Shown one piece after another: positions 19,764 to 30,035 of a DNA stretch of 64,000 nucleotides; the first letter of the stretch is position 1, and each line of letters opens with the position of its first letter. This DNA comes from an uncultured Opitutaceae bacterium (GTDB taxonomy: Bacteria > Verrucomicrobiota > Verrucomicrobiia > Opitutales > Opitutaceae). The translations under genes were made by a program, and so were the position numbers. Below the pieces are notes generated by a model. The model did no database searches, was not told the origin of the DNA, and saw only the letters and a list, made by a program, of their open reading frames with translations. The stretch spans positions 23,950-87,949 of the forward strand of contig CAZHPC010000001.1 of NCBI GenBank assembly GCA_964534685.1, in the 5' to 3' direction.

Positions 19764-20945
19764 ATGAATAGACGGCCCTGCATAATAGCGTGCGCTGCCC
19801 TCGCGACAGCCGTCGCCCATGCCCAGAAATTCGAGGGCCTCGCCCTCACCCCGCCCATGGGCTGGAACACCTGGAACACCTTTGCGGGAGACTGCAACGA
19901 GTCGCTGGTGAAGGAGACAGCCGACGCGATGATCGCCAGCGGGATGCGAGATGCCGGCTATGTCTACATCGTTGTCGACGACTGCTGGGCCAAGAAGGAG
20001 CGCGACGCGGACGGCCTCCTTGTGGCGGACCCGGTCAAGTTCCCGAGCGGCATGAAGGCCCTCGGCGACTACCTCCACTCCAAGGGCTTCAAGTTCGGGA
20101 TGTACGGCTGCGCGGGAAAGACGACCTGCGGCGGCTATCCCGGCGGACGCGGGCATGAGTTCCAGGACGCCCGCCAGTATGCGGCGTGGGGAGTCGACTA
20201 TTTCAAGTACGACTGGTGTGACCACGGGACGGCAAACGGCCCGGAAACGTACCGGATCATGAGCGACGCCATCCGAGCGGCCGGCAGGCCGATCATCTTC
20301 AGCCTGTGCGAGTGGGGCCAGAACCAGCCATGGCTCTGGGCCGAGCCCGTCGGGCACCTCTGGCGCACCACCGGCGACATCGGGCCGGGCTACATCGCCA
20401 GCGGCAAGAACAAGTGGGAGCACGGCTGGAAGACGCTCCTCGACATGAACGTGGGCCTCGAGAAGTACGCGGGCCCCGGGCACTGGAACGACCCGGACAT
20501 GCTCGAGGTGGGCGCCAAGGGCCTGACCCTCGCGGAGTCGAGGGGACATTTCAGCCTCTGGTGCATGCTCGCCGCCCCGCTCATCGCCGGCAATGACGTG
20601 CGGCACATGGCCCCGGAGATCCAGGCGATCCTGACGAACAAGGACGTGATCGCGGTGGACCAGGACAAGCTGGGCCACCAGGGCTTCAGGTACCGCGTCG
20701 ACAAGGACAAGGAGATCTGGGCGAAGGAGCTTTCGGACAAGAACTGGGCCGTGTGCGTGCTCAACACCGGCGACGCCCCGGCCAAGCTCGCGCTCGACAT
20801 GCACGAGCTCTCCTTCCTCACCGAGCAGTACTATGACGTGACCGACCTCTGGACGGGCAAGCCGGCGGGAACGGCGCTGGACCCGCACTCGGCCACCGTG
20901 GATTCGCACGATGTCATGCTCTTCAGGCTCAAGCCCGGCTCCTGA
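19764..20945 (+). CDS. alpha-galactosidase, glycoside hydrolase family 27
   Basis: Signal peptide. GH27 motifs PPMGWNTWNTF, YIVVDDCW, KFGMY and LCEWG. Confidence 0.9.
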   Translation: MNRRPCIIACAALATAVAHAQKFEGLALTPPMGWNTWNTFAGDCNESLVKETADAMIASGMRDAGYVYIVVDDCWAKKERDADGLLVADPVKFPSGMKALGDYLHSKGFKFGMYGCAGKTTCGGYPGGRGHEFQDARQYAAWGVDYFKYDWCDHGTANGPETYRIMSDAIRAAGRPIIFSLCEWGQNQPWLWAEPVGHLWRTTGDIGPGYIASGKNKWEHGWKTLLDMNVGLEKYAGPGHWNDPDMLEVGAKGLTLAESRGHFSLWCMLAAPLIAGNDVRHMAPEIQAILTNKDVIAVDQDKLGHQGFRYRVDKDKEIWAKELSDKNWAVCVLNTGDAPAKLALDMHELSFLTEQYYDVTDLWTGKPAGTALDPHSATVDSHDVMLFRLKPGS

Positions 20946-20953
20946 TTCCCACC

Positions 20954-22531
20954 ATGAAGTTCACAAGAAGGCAGGCCCTGGGCCTCATAGCCGGGGCAAT
21001 TCCCGCAATCGGCCTTCGGGGCGCCGCCGCGGCGCCCGCTCCGGACAAGGAGTCGAGGCGCCCCCCCGGGATCGAGCCCGAGGACGGGCCGTTCACGGGC
21101 ACGCGGACTTCGCTACAGGCCTATCGGGCGCCCGACTGGTTCCGTGACGCCAAGTTCGGCATGTGGGCCCACTGGGGGCCCCAGTCGGCGGTCGAGTACG
21201 GAGACTGGTATGCGCGCCTGATGTACATCCAGGGCTCGGACCAGTACAACTACCACGTCGAGCACTACGGACACCCCTCAAAATTCGGGTTCAAGGACAC
21301 AATCCCCATGTGGAAGGCGGAAAAATTCGACCCCGCCGCCCTGATACGGCTCTATAAGAAGGCTGGCGCAAGGTACTTCATGACGATGGGCGTCCACCAC
21401 GACAACTTCGACCTCTGGAACTCGAAGCACAACCGTTGGAACGCCGCCAATATGGGCCCCCGAATCGACATTGTCGGAGCCTGGCGCAAGGCGGTCCGCG
21501 ACGAGGGCCTGCGCTTTGGCATAAGCGAGCACCTCTGGATCACCTACAAGTGGTACTCGGTGGCGCACGGCTCCGACCTGACCGGGCCGCTCGCGGGCGT
21601 CCCCTACGATGGCTCAGACCCGGCGTCGAAGGACCTCTACGTGGATTCCGACGAGGTGTGGTCCGGCGACGTGCAATGGAACGAGGACCAGATCCCCAAC
21701 TGGTGGAAGCGCCACTGGCACGACCGCATCACGGACCTGATCGACCAGCACGAGCCCGACGTGCTCTATTCAGACGGTTCGCTCCCCTTCGAGGAGTACG
21801 GCTACTCGGTCGTCTCCCACCTCTACAACACGAGCGCCCGCAGGAACGGGGGAAAGGTCGAGGCCGTCTATTTCTCAAAGCGTGACCGCGACAGCGAGCA
21901 GGGCCTGTGCGTCCTCGACCGGGAGCGCGGCGTCCTGGACGACATCCTGCCGAGGCCGTGGCAGACCGACACCTGCATCGGCAACTGGCACTACAAGCGG
22001 GGCACGCGCTACAAGACCCCGAAGATGGTGGTCGACATGCTTGTGGACATCGTGAGCAAGAACGGGAACCTGATGCTGAACGTCCCCCTCCCCGCGAGCG
22101 GGATGCCCGACCCGGAGGAATTGGACGTCGTGGAGGAGATCACGCAGTGGATGGCTGTGAACAGCGAGGGAATCCACGGCTCGCGCCCATGGAAGAAATT
22201 TGGCGAGGGTGCGCCCGTGCAATCGTCCGACCAGAACTCGAAGGCGTTCAACGAGAACTCCAGGCGGACCCTCGACGCGAACGATGTACGGTTCACCACC
22301 AAGGGCGACCTCCTCTATGCGTTCGTGATGGGAAAGCCGGAATTCCGCACCGTCATACGGTCCCTCGCCACCGACACGGCGCTCAGGGTCGGCAGGGTCA
22401 CGAGCGTGGAGCTCGTGGGCCACGACGGCAAGCTGACCTGGACCCAGGATCAGGCGGGGCTCACGATCAGCGTTCCGGACGAGTTCCCAACCAAGCACGC
22501 GGTCGCGTTCCGCATCCGAGGCGCCGTCTGA
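20954..22531 (+). CDS. alpha-L-fucosidase, glycoside hydrolase family 29
   Basis: Tat-type signal MKFTRRQALGL.... GH29 motifs WFRDAKFGMWAHWGP and ARYFMTMGVHHDNFDLWNS. Confidence 0.9.
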   Translation: MKFTRRQALGLIAGAIPAIGLRGAAAAPAPDKESRRPPGIEPEDGPFTGTRTSLQAYRAPDWFRDAKFGMWAHWGPQSAVEYGDWYARLMYIQGSDQYNYHVEHYGHPSKFGFKDTIPMWKAEKFDPAALIRLYKKAGARYFMTMGVHHDNFDLWNSKHNRWNAANMGPRIDIVGAWRKAVRDEGLRFGISEHLWITYKWYSVAHGSDLTGPLAGVPYDGSDPASKDLYVDSDEVWSGDVQWNEDQIPNWWKRHWHDRITDLIDQHEPDVLYSDGSLPFEEYGYSVVSHLYNTSARRNGGKVEAVYFSKRDRDSEQGLCVLDRERGVLDDILPRPWQTDTCIGNWHYKRGTRYKTPKMVVDMLVDIVSKNGNLMLNVPLPASGMPDPEELDVVEEITQWMAVNSEGIHGSRPWKKFGEGAPVQSSDQNSKAFNENSRRTLDANDVRFTTKGDLLYAFVMGKPEFRTVIRSLATDTALRVGRVTSVELVGHDGKLTWTQDQAGLTISVPDEFPTKHAVAFRIRGAV

Positions 22532-22550
22532 CCCGGATGAGGGATGGCGC

Positions 22551-23810
22551 TCAGGCGGGCCTGCCCGCCTGCGCGCCCGCCGTCCGCGCCCTGTAGATCC
22601 GGCGCACGGTGTCGTGGACCTGGTCCACCGTGATGCTCTTCATGCACACGTTGTCCGTGCAGGCCGTCTGTCGGTTGTTGAAGGCGTTGACGCACGGGCT
22701 GCATGCGATGCCCGCCCAGATCGGATGGCTCCGCGGCCCCGGAGCCGAGAAAAGCAGCGGCGTCTCAGGGCCGAAGAGCGCCACGACGTCGATGGTCGTG
22801 AGCGCCGCAAAATGCGCCGGGCCGCTGTCGTTCGTGACGAGGACCTCGGCGAGGCCGAAGAGCACCAGCAGCTGGCGGAGCGTCGTCCGCCCCGCAAGGC
22901 AGACGCACCGCGGGGACCCGACCGCGCTCGAGATCGCCTCAACCCGGGAGGCCTCCTCGGGCGAGCCGGTGAAGGCGATCCACAGCTCGGGGAATTCGGC
23001 GGTGAGGCGCGTCGCGAGGGCTCCGTAATTGCTGGGATCCCATTTGCGCAGGGGCAGAAGGTCGCTTGCGTTGGCGTTCAGGACCACGAGCCGGGCCCGG
23101 CTCGGCACTCCCAGCCCGGCAAGCATGCGTTCGGCCTCGGACTTTTCGCCCGGCCCGGGCACAAAGACCGGAAGCGGAGGACTTTCCGGCGGAATCGCCC
23201 CAAAGGTCGGGAACTTTCCCGGGTCGGCGTCCAGGGCCAGGACAAGGCTCGTGAATGTCCTGCTTGTATGCAGGTGCGGGTTGTAGAGGACGCGGTGCGT
23301 CATCAGGTCGCCCCGGTAAGGCCCCTCGCCGAAATACACGTGGAATCCGATCCTGGTGCCGGCGCCGGTCAGGTAGGCGATCGCCGCCGAGAAGCGCGAG
23401 AAGAACTCCATGTCGATGCATGCACTGAAGCGCCGGCGGCGGATCGACGAGAGGACCCGGACACCGCTCGCCATCATGGCCCAGGCGGACTCGGTGCGCA
23501 CCGTGAACACGTTCTCCCGGGGGACAAGGTCGATCAGGTCCACGATGAACCGGTTCTCCTCGAATACCAAAAAGTGGACATTCTCCCGTCCGACGCGCGC
23601 GACCGCGCGCCGGACGGCCTCGTGCGCCAGCACGGTCGAGCCCTGCTCCGCCAGCTTCAGGAAAAGGATGCTCCGCACCCCGCCGGCGGCGGCGCGCCCT
23701 CCGAACACCTCCCCCAGGCGGCGCGCAAGCGTGAGCAGCAGGCAAACGGGCGCGCCGATCCGCCGGTCAAGCCACTGAAGGGTGCGCGCGTCGCTGCTGA
23801 ATCGTTTCAA
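22551..23810 (-). CDS. glycosyltransferase family 9 protein (heptosyltransferase-like)
   Basis: GT9 C-terminal pattern ...VLVTNDSGPAHFAA... and overall size. TTG start at 23810. Confidence 0.8.
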   Translation of the reverse strand: MKRFSSDARTLQWLDRRIGAPVCLLLTLARRLGEVFGGRAAAGGVRSILFLKLAEQGSTVLAHEAVRRAVARVGRENVHFLVFEENRFIVDLIDLVPRENVFTVRTESAWAMMASGVRVLSSIRRRRFSACIDMEFFSRFSAAIAYLTGAGTRIGFHVYFGEGPYRGDLMTHRVLYNPHLHTSRTFTSLVLALDADPGKFPTFGAIPPESPPLPVFVPGPGEKSEAERMLAGLGVPSRARLVVLNANASDLLPLRKWDPSNYGALATRLTAEFPELWIAFTGSPEEASRVEAISSAVGSPRCVCLAGRTTLRQLLVLFGLAEVLVTNDSGPAHFAALTTIDVVALFGPETPLLFSAPGPRSHPIWAGIACSPCVNAFNNRQTACTDNVCMKSITVDQVHDTVRRIYRARTAGAQAGRPA

Positions 23811-24122
23811 GTATGGGTGCGGGTTTTGACGGACTTCACTACCCGACGCCAGCCCCGCGAGGCGAGTGAAATGCTATGTCCGCGGGACGGGGGACGCCTG
23901 CTCCCCGCGGGTGAACGAGCGTCATTCGCCAATTTGGTATTGCGCAATCCTGGATTATGCTCGATCCGTACGGCCGTCTAGCGCGAACACGATCGCGACC
24001 GGACACTCAAGTACAACACCCATGCCCTTCGGACAACGAGGCTTCATCGCCATGCGAAAAGCACCCCCGTCCACCCTCGCCGGTCCGCAGGTTTTCCGTG
24101 ATTGGGAAACTGCGGAGGCGGT

Positions 24123-24953
24123 GTGACAGCCCTCAAATCCCCAGACCCGCGCGCGGGGCCTCTCGTCGGGAACATTGACGGATTCGCCGCGGCAAAGGCG
24201 GCGGCCGTCAAGATCGTCATGGTGACCGCTTATGACGCGTGGTCGGCCCGGCTGCTGGCCGGCGCGCCGGTCGACTGCCTCCTCGTGGGGGACAGCGCGA
24301 TGATGGTCGTGCACGGCGAGAAGGACACGCTTGGGGCAACCCCGGAGCTCATGGCGATGCACACGCGCGCCGTGGCCCGCGGGGCGCCCGGAAAGTTCAT
24401 CGTTGCCGACATGCCCTTCCTCGCCGCACGAAAGGGCGAGACCCAAGCCCTCGACTGCGCGGCGATGCTGCTTCGCGCCGGCGCCCATGCGGTCAAGATC
24501 GAGGGCGCTCGTGGGCACACCCACGTGATCCGGCACCTTGTCGAGTCCGGCATCCCCGTCATGGGGCACCTCGGGCTCACCCCGCAATGGGTGCGCGCCA
24601 TGGGCGGCTTCAAGGTGCAGGCGAGGGACGCCGAGGATGCAAGCCGCCTCATCGAGGATGCGTCCGCCCTCGAACATGCGGGCGTCTTTGCCCTCGTCCT
24701 TGAATGCATCCCGCAGGAGCTCGCTTCCAGGGTGACCTCGGCGCTCGTGGTCCCGACGATAGGCATAGGGGCGGGCGCAGGGTGCGACGGCCAGGTGCTT
24801 GTCCTCCAGGACATGCTCGGCCTCAATCCCGACTTCAAGCCGAGGTTCGCCCGCCGCTTTGCCGACGGGGCCGCCCTATTCCGGAACGGCGCCGCCCTCT
24901 TCTCGGAGGCCGTGCGGCGCGGCGAGTTCCCGGCAGAAGAGGAGGGATTCTAG
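24123..24953 (+). CDS. panB: 3-methyl-2-oxobutanoate hydroxymethyltransferase
   Basis: KIVMVTAYDAWSARLL, LLVGDSAMMVVHG and VKIEGA motifs. The GTG at 24123 is preceded by GGAGG (24114-24118). The track start at 24102 is a TTG and remains possible. Confidence 0.9.
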   Translation: MTALKSPDPRAGPLVGNIDGFAAAKAAAVKIVMVTAYDAWSARLLAGAPVDCLLVGDSAMMVVHGEKDTLGATPELMAMHTRAVARGAPGKFIVADMPFLAARKGETQALDCAAMLLRAGAHAVKIEGARGHTHVIRHLVESGIPVMGHLGLTPQWVRAMGGFKVQARDAEDASRLIEDASALEHAGVFALVLECIPQELASRVTSALVVPTIGIGAGAGCDGQVLVLQDMLGLNPDFKPRFARRFADGAALFRNGAALFSEAVRRGEFPAEEEGF

Positions 24954-24955
24954 AC

Positions 24956-25717
24956 GTGCCGCGGGTCTTCAGAAGCCTGCAGGACTGGAAGGCCGAGCGC
25001 GCCGTCCTAGACCTGACGCCCCTGAGCATCGGCTTTGTGCCGACGATGGGAGCGCTCCACGCGGGCCACCGGTCGCTCCTCGAGCGGGCCCGCGCCGAGA
25101 ACGATCGCGTGGTCATGAGCATCTTCGTCAATCCGACGCAGTTCGACAGCCCCGCCGACCTGGTGGCCTACCCGCGCACGTTGGACGACGACCTGGGTCT
25201 CGCGTCGGGGCTGGTTGACCACGTGCTCCTCCCCGAGCCAAGGGAGATCTACCCGGACGGGTTCCACTTCAGGATGACGGAATCCGACCTCAGCCGCCAG
25301 CTTGAGGGTGCGCACCGGCCGGGGCATTTCGACGGCGTCCTCACGGTGGTGCTCAAGCTTCTGAACCTCGTGAGCCCCCACCGCGCCTATTTCGGGGAGA
25401 AGGACCGGCAGCAGCTCGAGCTCGTGAGGGGCATGGTCAGGGCGCTCTTCGTGCCGGTCGAGATCATCCCCTGCCCCACCATCCGCGACCAGGACGGGCT
25501 CGCGCTCAGCTCGCGCAACCACCGGCTATCGCCCGGGGCCCGAGCCCGGGCGGCGTCCTTCCCGCGCATCCTGAGCGAGTCGGCCACCCCCTCGGCCGCC
25601 GCCGCGGCCCTGGGCGAGGCCGGCTTCGGGGTCGACTACGTCGAGGACCGCGAAGGCGTGCGCCTTGCGGCCATCCGACTGGAGGGGGTCCGCCTCATCG
25701 ACAATGTCCGGCTATAA
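24956..25717 (+). CDS. panC: pantoate--beta-alanine ligase
   Basis: GFVPTMGALHAGHRSL and SIFVNPTQF motifs. The GTG at 24956 follows the panB stop at 24953. The track extension to 24704 overlaps panB. Confidence 0.9.
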   Translation: MPRVFRSLQDWKAERAVLDLTPLSIGFVPTMGALHAGHRSLLERARAENDRVVMSIFVNPTQFDSPADLVAYPRTLDDDLGLASGLVDHVLLPEPREIYPDGFHFRMTESDLSRQLEGAHRPGHFDGVLTVVLKLLNLVSPHRAYFGEKDRQQLELVRGMVRALFVPVEIIPCPTIRDQDGLALSSRNHRLSPGARARAASFPRILSESATPSAAAAALGEAGFGVDYVEDREGVRLAAIRLEGVRLIDNVRL

Positions 25718-26933
25718 CATAGTCTTCGCCCTCACCGGCTCCATCGCCGGCTACAAGGCGTGCGACGCGATCTCACGGCTTGTGCAGCTCGGCCACCGTG
25801 TCCGTGCGATCGCCACAAGGTCGGCGCTGCACTTCGTTGGCACGGCCACCCTCGAGGGCCTCACCGGCGAGCGCGTGCTCACCGACCTCTTTGAGCCCGG
25901 GACGGCCCTCGAGCACATCCAGATGACCCGGTGGGCCGACGCTGTCGTTGTCTGTCCGGCCACGGCCAACACCCTCAATCGGCTTGCCGCAGGCCTCGCC
26001 GACGACATGACAGGTGCCCTCTTCCTGGCTCACGACCGCTTGAAGCCGTTCCTCGTCGCCCCGGCCATGAACCCCGCGATGTGGAGCCATCCCGCCACCC
26101 GCGACGCGGTGGCCAAGCTGGCCGGCTGGGGGGTGCGCTTCATCCCGGTCGGCGAAGGTCGCACCGCCTGCGGCGAGCTCGGCGAGGGACGGATGGCCGA
26201 GCCGCCCGACATCGTCGCCGCCATCGAGGCGGCGCTCGCCCGCCCAGCCCGGCGCCTGCGGGTCCTCGTGACGAGCGGGGGCACGGCCGAGCCGATCGAC
26301 GGCGTGCGCATGCTGACCAACGCCAGCACCGGCCGGACGGGCGCCGGCATCGCCGAACACATGAGGCGCCGCGGCCACGACGTCGTGCTCCTGCGGGCGC
26401 GCTCCTCGGCGCCCTGCCCCGCAGGGTGCCGCGAGGAGACGTTTTCAACGTTTTCGGAGCTGGATGCGGCGCTCACCCGCATCCTTTCGACCGAGCATAT
26501 CGACGCTGTCGTCCACGCCGCGGCCGTGAGCGACTTCGGCGTGGGCGAGGTCGAGGTCGGCGGCGAGGCTCGCGAGCCCGGCGCCGGCAAGCTCGATTCG
26601 GACTCGGCGCCCATCCTGCGCCTCAAGCCCCATCCGAAGCTGGTCGACAGCCTGCGCGCCCGCAGCCTAAATGATTCCGTGCGAATCGTGGCGTTCAAGC
26701 TGACCTACGGAGAGGATCGGGACCACGCCATTCCGGCCGCGCGCGCGCTCCTCGAGCGATCCGGCGCGGACCTTGTTGTGCAAAACGACCTCGCCGAGCG
26801 ACGCGGGCCGGACGCGTTTCCGGCAACGATCCATTTCCAGGACGGAAGCCCTCCCGATCGGTGCGCAACCCGGCCGGAGCTTGCGGCCGCGCTTGAGCGA
26901 ATCCTCTCCGGTCGCCCGGAAAACGCGGCCTAG
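25704..26933 (+). CDS. coaBC: bifunctional phosphopantothenoylcysteine decarboxylase/phosphopantothenate--cysteine ligase
   Basis: N-terminal flavoprotein IVFALTGSIAGYKA...PAMNPAMW. C-terminal CoaB VTSGGTAEPIDGVRMLTNASTGRTG. The start overlaps the panC end by 14 nt. Confidence 0.9.
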   Translation: MSGYNIVFALTGSIAGYKACDAISRLVQLGHRVRAIATRSALHFVGTATLEGLTGERVLTDLFEPGTALEHIQMTRWADAVVVCPATANTLNRLAAGLADDMTGALFLAHDRLKPFLVAPAMNPAMWSHPATRDAVAKLAGWGVRFIPVGEGRTACGELGEGRMAEPPDIVAAIEAALARPARRLRVLVTSGGTAEPIDGVRMLTNASTGRTGAGIAEHMRRRGHDVVLLRARSSAPCPAGCREETFSTFSELDAALTRILSTEHIDAVVHAAAVSDFGVGEVEVGGEAREPGAGKLDSDSAPILRLKPHPKLVDSLRARSLNDSVRIVAFKLTYGEDRDHAIPAARALLERSGADLVVQNDLAERRGPDAFPATIHFQDGSPPDRCATRPELAAALERILSGRPENAA

Positions 26934-26940
26934 ATCTTGT

Positions 26941-27729
26941 ATGCTCCTCTGTCTCGACATCGGTAACACCCAGATCCACGGCGGAGTGTTCGTTGGGGAC
27001 ACGCTCCTGTGCCAGTTTCGGAAGTCGACCCAGCCGCTTGGATCCACCGACGAGCTTGGGATATTCCTGGTCACCGTCCTCAGGGAGAACAACGTCGACC
27101 CCCATGCCGTGGACCGGGTGGCCGTGTGCTCGGTAGTCCCGGCCGCGCTTCATCCGGTCCGGGGAGCGACCAGGCAATACTTCAAGCGGGAGCCGTTCAT
27201 CCTGCAGGCCGGCGTGAAGACGGGCCTCAAGGTCCGCTACCGCAATCCGCTCGAAGTCGGGGCGGACAGGATCGCCGGGGCGATCGCAGCCGTCCACAGG
27301 CAGCCCGCGCGCAACATCATCGTGGTCGACTGCGGCACTGCCACAACCTTTGACGTGATCACCGCGGACGGGGACTACCTCGGCGGTGTCATCCTGCCCG
27401 GCATGGGCGTCTCGGCCGAGACGCTGGCGAGCCGGACGGCCAAGCTGCCGCGGGTTGAGATCGCGAGGCCGGACACGGTGCTCGGCCGCACGACAATCGA
27501 AAGCATCCAATCGGGACTCTACCATGGGCACGCCGGGGCGATCCGCCACATAGTCACGCTGCTCACGCACGAGGATTTCGGCGGGGAAAAGCCCCACGTC
27601 ATCGGCACCGGCGGGTTTGCCCGGATGCTCGAGGGGGAGCATCTGTTCGACGAGGTCGTCCCGGAGCTCGTGCTCCTGGGGCTCAAGTACGCGGACGCAC
27701 TCAACCGCGACGTAACCCTCAAAACCTAG
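26941..27729 (+). CDS. coaX: type III pantothenate kinase
   Basis: MLLCLDIGNTQIHGGVF..., VVDCGTATTFD and GTGG motifs of the CoaX family. The ATG at 26941 lies 8 nt after the coaBC stop. Confidence 0.9.
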   Translation: MLLCLDIGNTQIHGGVFVGDTLLCQFRKSTQPLGSTDELGIFLVTVLRENNVDPHAVDRVAVCSVVPAALHPVRGATRQYFKREPFILQAGVKTGLKVRYRNPLEVGADRIAGAIAAVHRQPARNIIVVDCGTATTFDVITADGDYLGGVILPGMGVSAETLASRTAKLPRVEIARPDTVLGRTTIESIQSGLYHGHAGAIRHIVTLLTHEDFGGEKPHVIGTGGFARMLEGEHLFDEVVPELVLLGLKYADALNRDVTLKT

Positions 27730-27780
27730 CTTCTCCCCAGAGCGGAAGCCGGCCTCGGGTCCGCACGGCACCAAAACCGA

Positions 27781-29208
27781 ATGAAAATGGTCCTCATCGT
27801 TGCGTACTTCGCGACTTGGGCATTCATACCGCACCTGCTGCTTCTGAAGAAGCGGCCGGCTGCCACGCTCGCATGGCTCTGGGCGATCGTCTTCATCCCG
27901 TATGTTGGCGCGCTGGTCTATTTTGCGCTCGGCACCGATCGGCTGAAGCGCCGACGGCTCCGGCGTCGAAGCCTCTATTCGGCGCGTTCAACGCGAAGGA
28001 GCGCACCCGAAACCACGACAGACCCTGCGACGGCGCGCATGCTCGAAAGAGTTTCCCACAGGGACCGCCAGTTTTTTCAGCTTCTTTCCCGTATTAACCA
28101 GCTTCCCGTCAGCTCCGCGGGCAACCTCCGCATTCAGCGCGACTCCGCGGAGTTCTATTCGGCGCTGGAGGCGCGAATCAGGAACGCAAGACACCATGTC
28201 CATCTGGAGTTCTACATCTGGAACGCGGACGAGACCGGCGCGAGGTTCCTCGCGCTGCTGGTCGACGCCGCAAAACGGGGCGTGATCGTACGCATGCTCC
28301 TTGACGGCGTGGGCTCGCACGGCTTCACGGAGAGCCTTCTCGCGGATCTGCTGGCCGCCGGCGGCCATTTCTCGTGGTTCCAAAGCCTGGACCCAAAGCG
28401 CAACCGCTTCTTCCTAAACCTGAGGAACCACCGCAAGCTCCAGATCGTCGATGGTGTTGTGGCATTTGTCGGCGGAATGAACATCGGCAAGGAATACGAG
28501 GGTCTCAATCCGGCGCTCGGCCACTGGAGGGACGTGCAGGTAGAGGTTGACGGACCGGTCGCCCGCGAGCTGCAGGATGTGTTCGCGGATGACTGGTTCT
28601 TCGCGACCGGCGAGAAGATATCCGGGTCGGCATTCTTTCCCGCGCCGGAATCCGAGGCGCAGCACCTTACCCACGTGGTGCTTGGCGGCCCGGACCGGCG
28701 AAACGAGCCGATTAGCAAGTCCATCGTAAGCCTCCTGAACGAGGCCAGTGGGCGCGTCTGGATCGCGACGGGGTATTTTGTGCCGGATGACGTCATTCTT
28801 GCCGCTCTGGAGCTGGCGGCCAGCCGCGGCGTCGACGTGCGGCTTCTCATCTCGGAGAAGAATGATCATCCGTGGCTGGTTGTCGTGGGGCGGTCGTACT
28901 ACACGCAGCTGCTTACCGCGGGCGTGAGAATTTTCGAATACTCGGTCGGCATCAACCACGCGAAGGTCATGCTGGCTGACGACCGGTGGGCGATGATCGG
29001 CTCGGCCAACCTGGATTACCGATCGATGCGGCTGAACTTCGAGCTAAACCTGCTGTTCCATTCGCCTGAGCGAAATGGAGAACTCGCCCGCATCCTCGAG
29101 CACGATTTCAAGCTTTCCCAGGAAATCGACCCAGAAGTGTTCGCGAAGCGGCCCTTCCGAAGGAAGTTCATTGAGGCCGCGCTGAGGCCCCTCTCGCCGA
29201 TGCTCTAG
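27781..29208 (+). CDS. cls: cardiolipin synthase
   Basis: Two N-terminal TM helices and two PLD HKD motifs (HRKLQIVDG, HAKVMLADD). Confidence 0.9.
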   Translation: MKMVLIVAYFATWAFIPHLLLLKKRPAATLAWLWAIVFIPYVGALVYFALGTDRLKRRRLRRRSLYSARSTRRSAPETTTDPATARMLERVSHRDRQFFQLLSRINQLPVSSAGNLRIQRDSAEFYSALEARIRNARHHVHLEFYIWNADETGARFLALLVDAAKRGVIVRMLLDGVGSHGFTESLLADLLAAGGHFSWFQSLDPKRNRFFLNLRNHRKLQIVDGVVAFVGGMNIGKEYEGLNPALGHWRDVQVEVDGPVARELQDVFADDWFFATGEKISGSAFFPAPESEAQHLTHVVLGGPDRRNEPISKSIVSLLNEASGRVWIATGYFVPDDVILAALELAASRGVDVRLLISEKNDHPWLVVVGRSYYTQLLTAGVRIFEYSVGINHAKVMLADDRWAMIGSANLDYRSMRLNFELNLLFHSPERNGELARILEHDFKLSQEIDPEVFAKRPFRRKFIEAALRPLSPML

Positions 29209-29215
29209 ACGACAA

Positions 29216-29743
29216 TCAGGACGTCGTCGACATCCTGACCTTGTCGCAGGCCGCCTGCGCCCTTTGCCAAGCCATCCCGACCTTGTCCTTCTCCTGGTCC
29301 CAGGTCTCGGCCGTGGCTCGCCCCGCTTCCTCGACCATTGATTTGAGGTAGGCCTGAGAATCATTGAGCTCCTTCATCGCGAAGTCCCAATCCGTCGTGC
29401 TGGCCCTCATTGCCGCGCGCTTCGCATTCAACTCGGAGATCTGGCCGGCCAGCACATTTTCCAACGATGCGGCCCCGGCGAGGAATTCGGCGCGCTGCTC
29501 GTAGGTAATGTCCCTGATGGCCGCCCACGTGTCGGAGGCCTGTGCCGAAGGCAAACTGACGGCGATCGGAGTCACCTTCACGGGCTTGATGGCCGGAGCG
29601 GAAGGTTGAATTGCTCCCGTGTGTTCGGGGGTGGGTGCGCTTTTGGCCTGGGCAACCTTGTCGCTGCGGGCGCAGCCCGACGCCAGAAGGAGAATCAGGC
29701 CCGCGCCCACGACGAACGGGGCAAGAGTGGAACGTGTCTTCAT
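29216..29743 (-). CDS. hypothetical lipoprotein (helical, no recognised family)
   Basis: Signal peptide with lipobox LLLASGC. Good third-position GC. Convergent with cls. Confidence 0.6.
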   Translation of the reverse strand: MKTRSTLAPFVVGAGLILLLASGCARSDKVAQAKSAPTPEHTGAIQPSAPAIKPVKVTPIAVSLPSAQASDTWAAIRDITYEQRAEFLAGAASLENVLAGQISELNAKRAAMRASTTDWDFAMKELNDSQAYLKSMVEEAGRATAETWDQEKDKVGMAWQRAQAACDKVRMSTTS

Positions 29744-30035
29744 GTTGGTCTTCTTTCAGCGCCAATATGGACCACCGGCCGGTTCAGCAGTATGGGGTCA
29801 ACACCCAGTTTACCGTGGCCTGATAGCTAGTCGGGCTGCCTGCCAGCGCGCATTCCCGAGGCATCCTTCAAAGATTTGACGAGGCCATCCCCTGCGCCAA
29901 CCCTTGGGCTTTATCCAAGTGCGAGACCGTGCAAGAGAGGGTAAATTGAATCTATAACATGTTTAATCCCAATAGCATGCGGGCCATTTTGGAATCCGGA
30001 CGCCGGCGAACGAACGCACGCTGCCCAAGACAAAC

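Noticed and set aside
22552-22571. 8-bp hairpin caggcggg-cctg-cccgcctg between the convergent GH29 and GT9 genes
   Set aside because: It lies inside the last codons of the GT9 gene and has no U-tract on either strand. The evidence is too weak to call a terminator.
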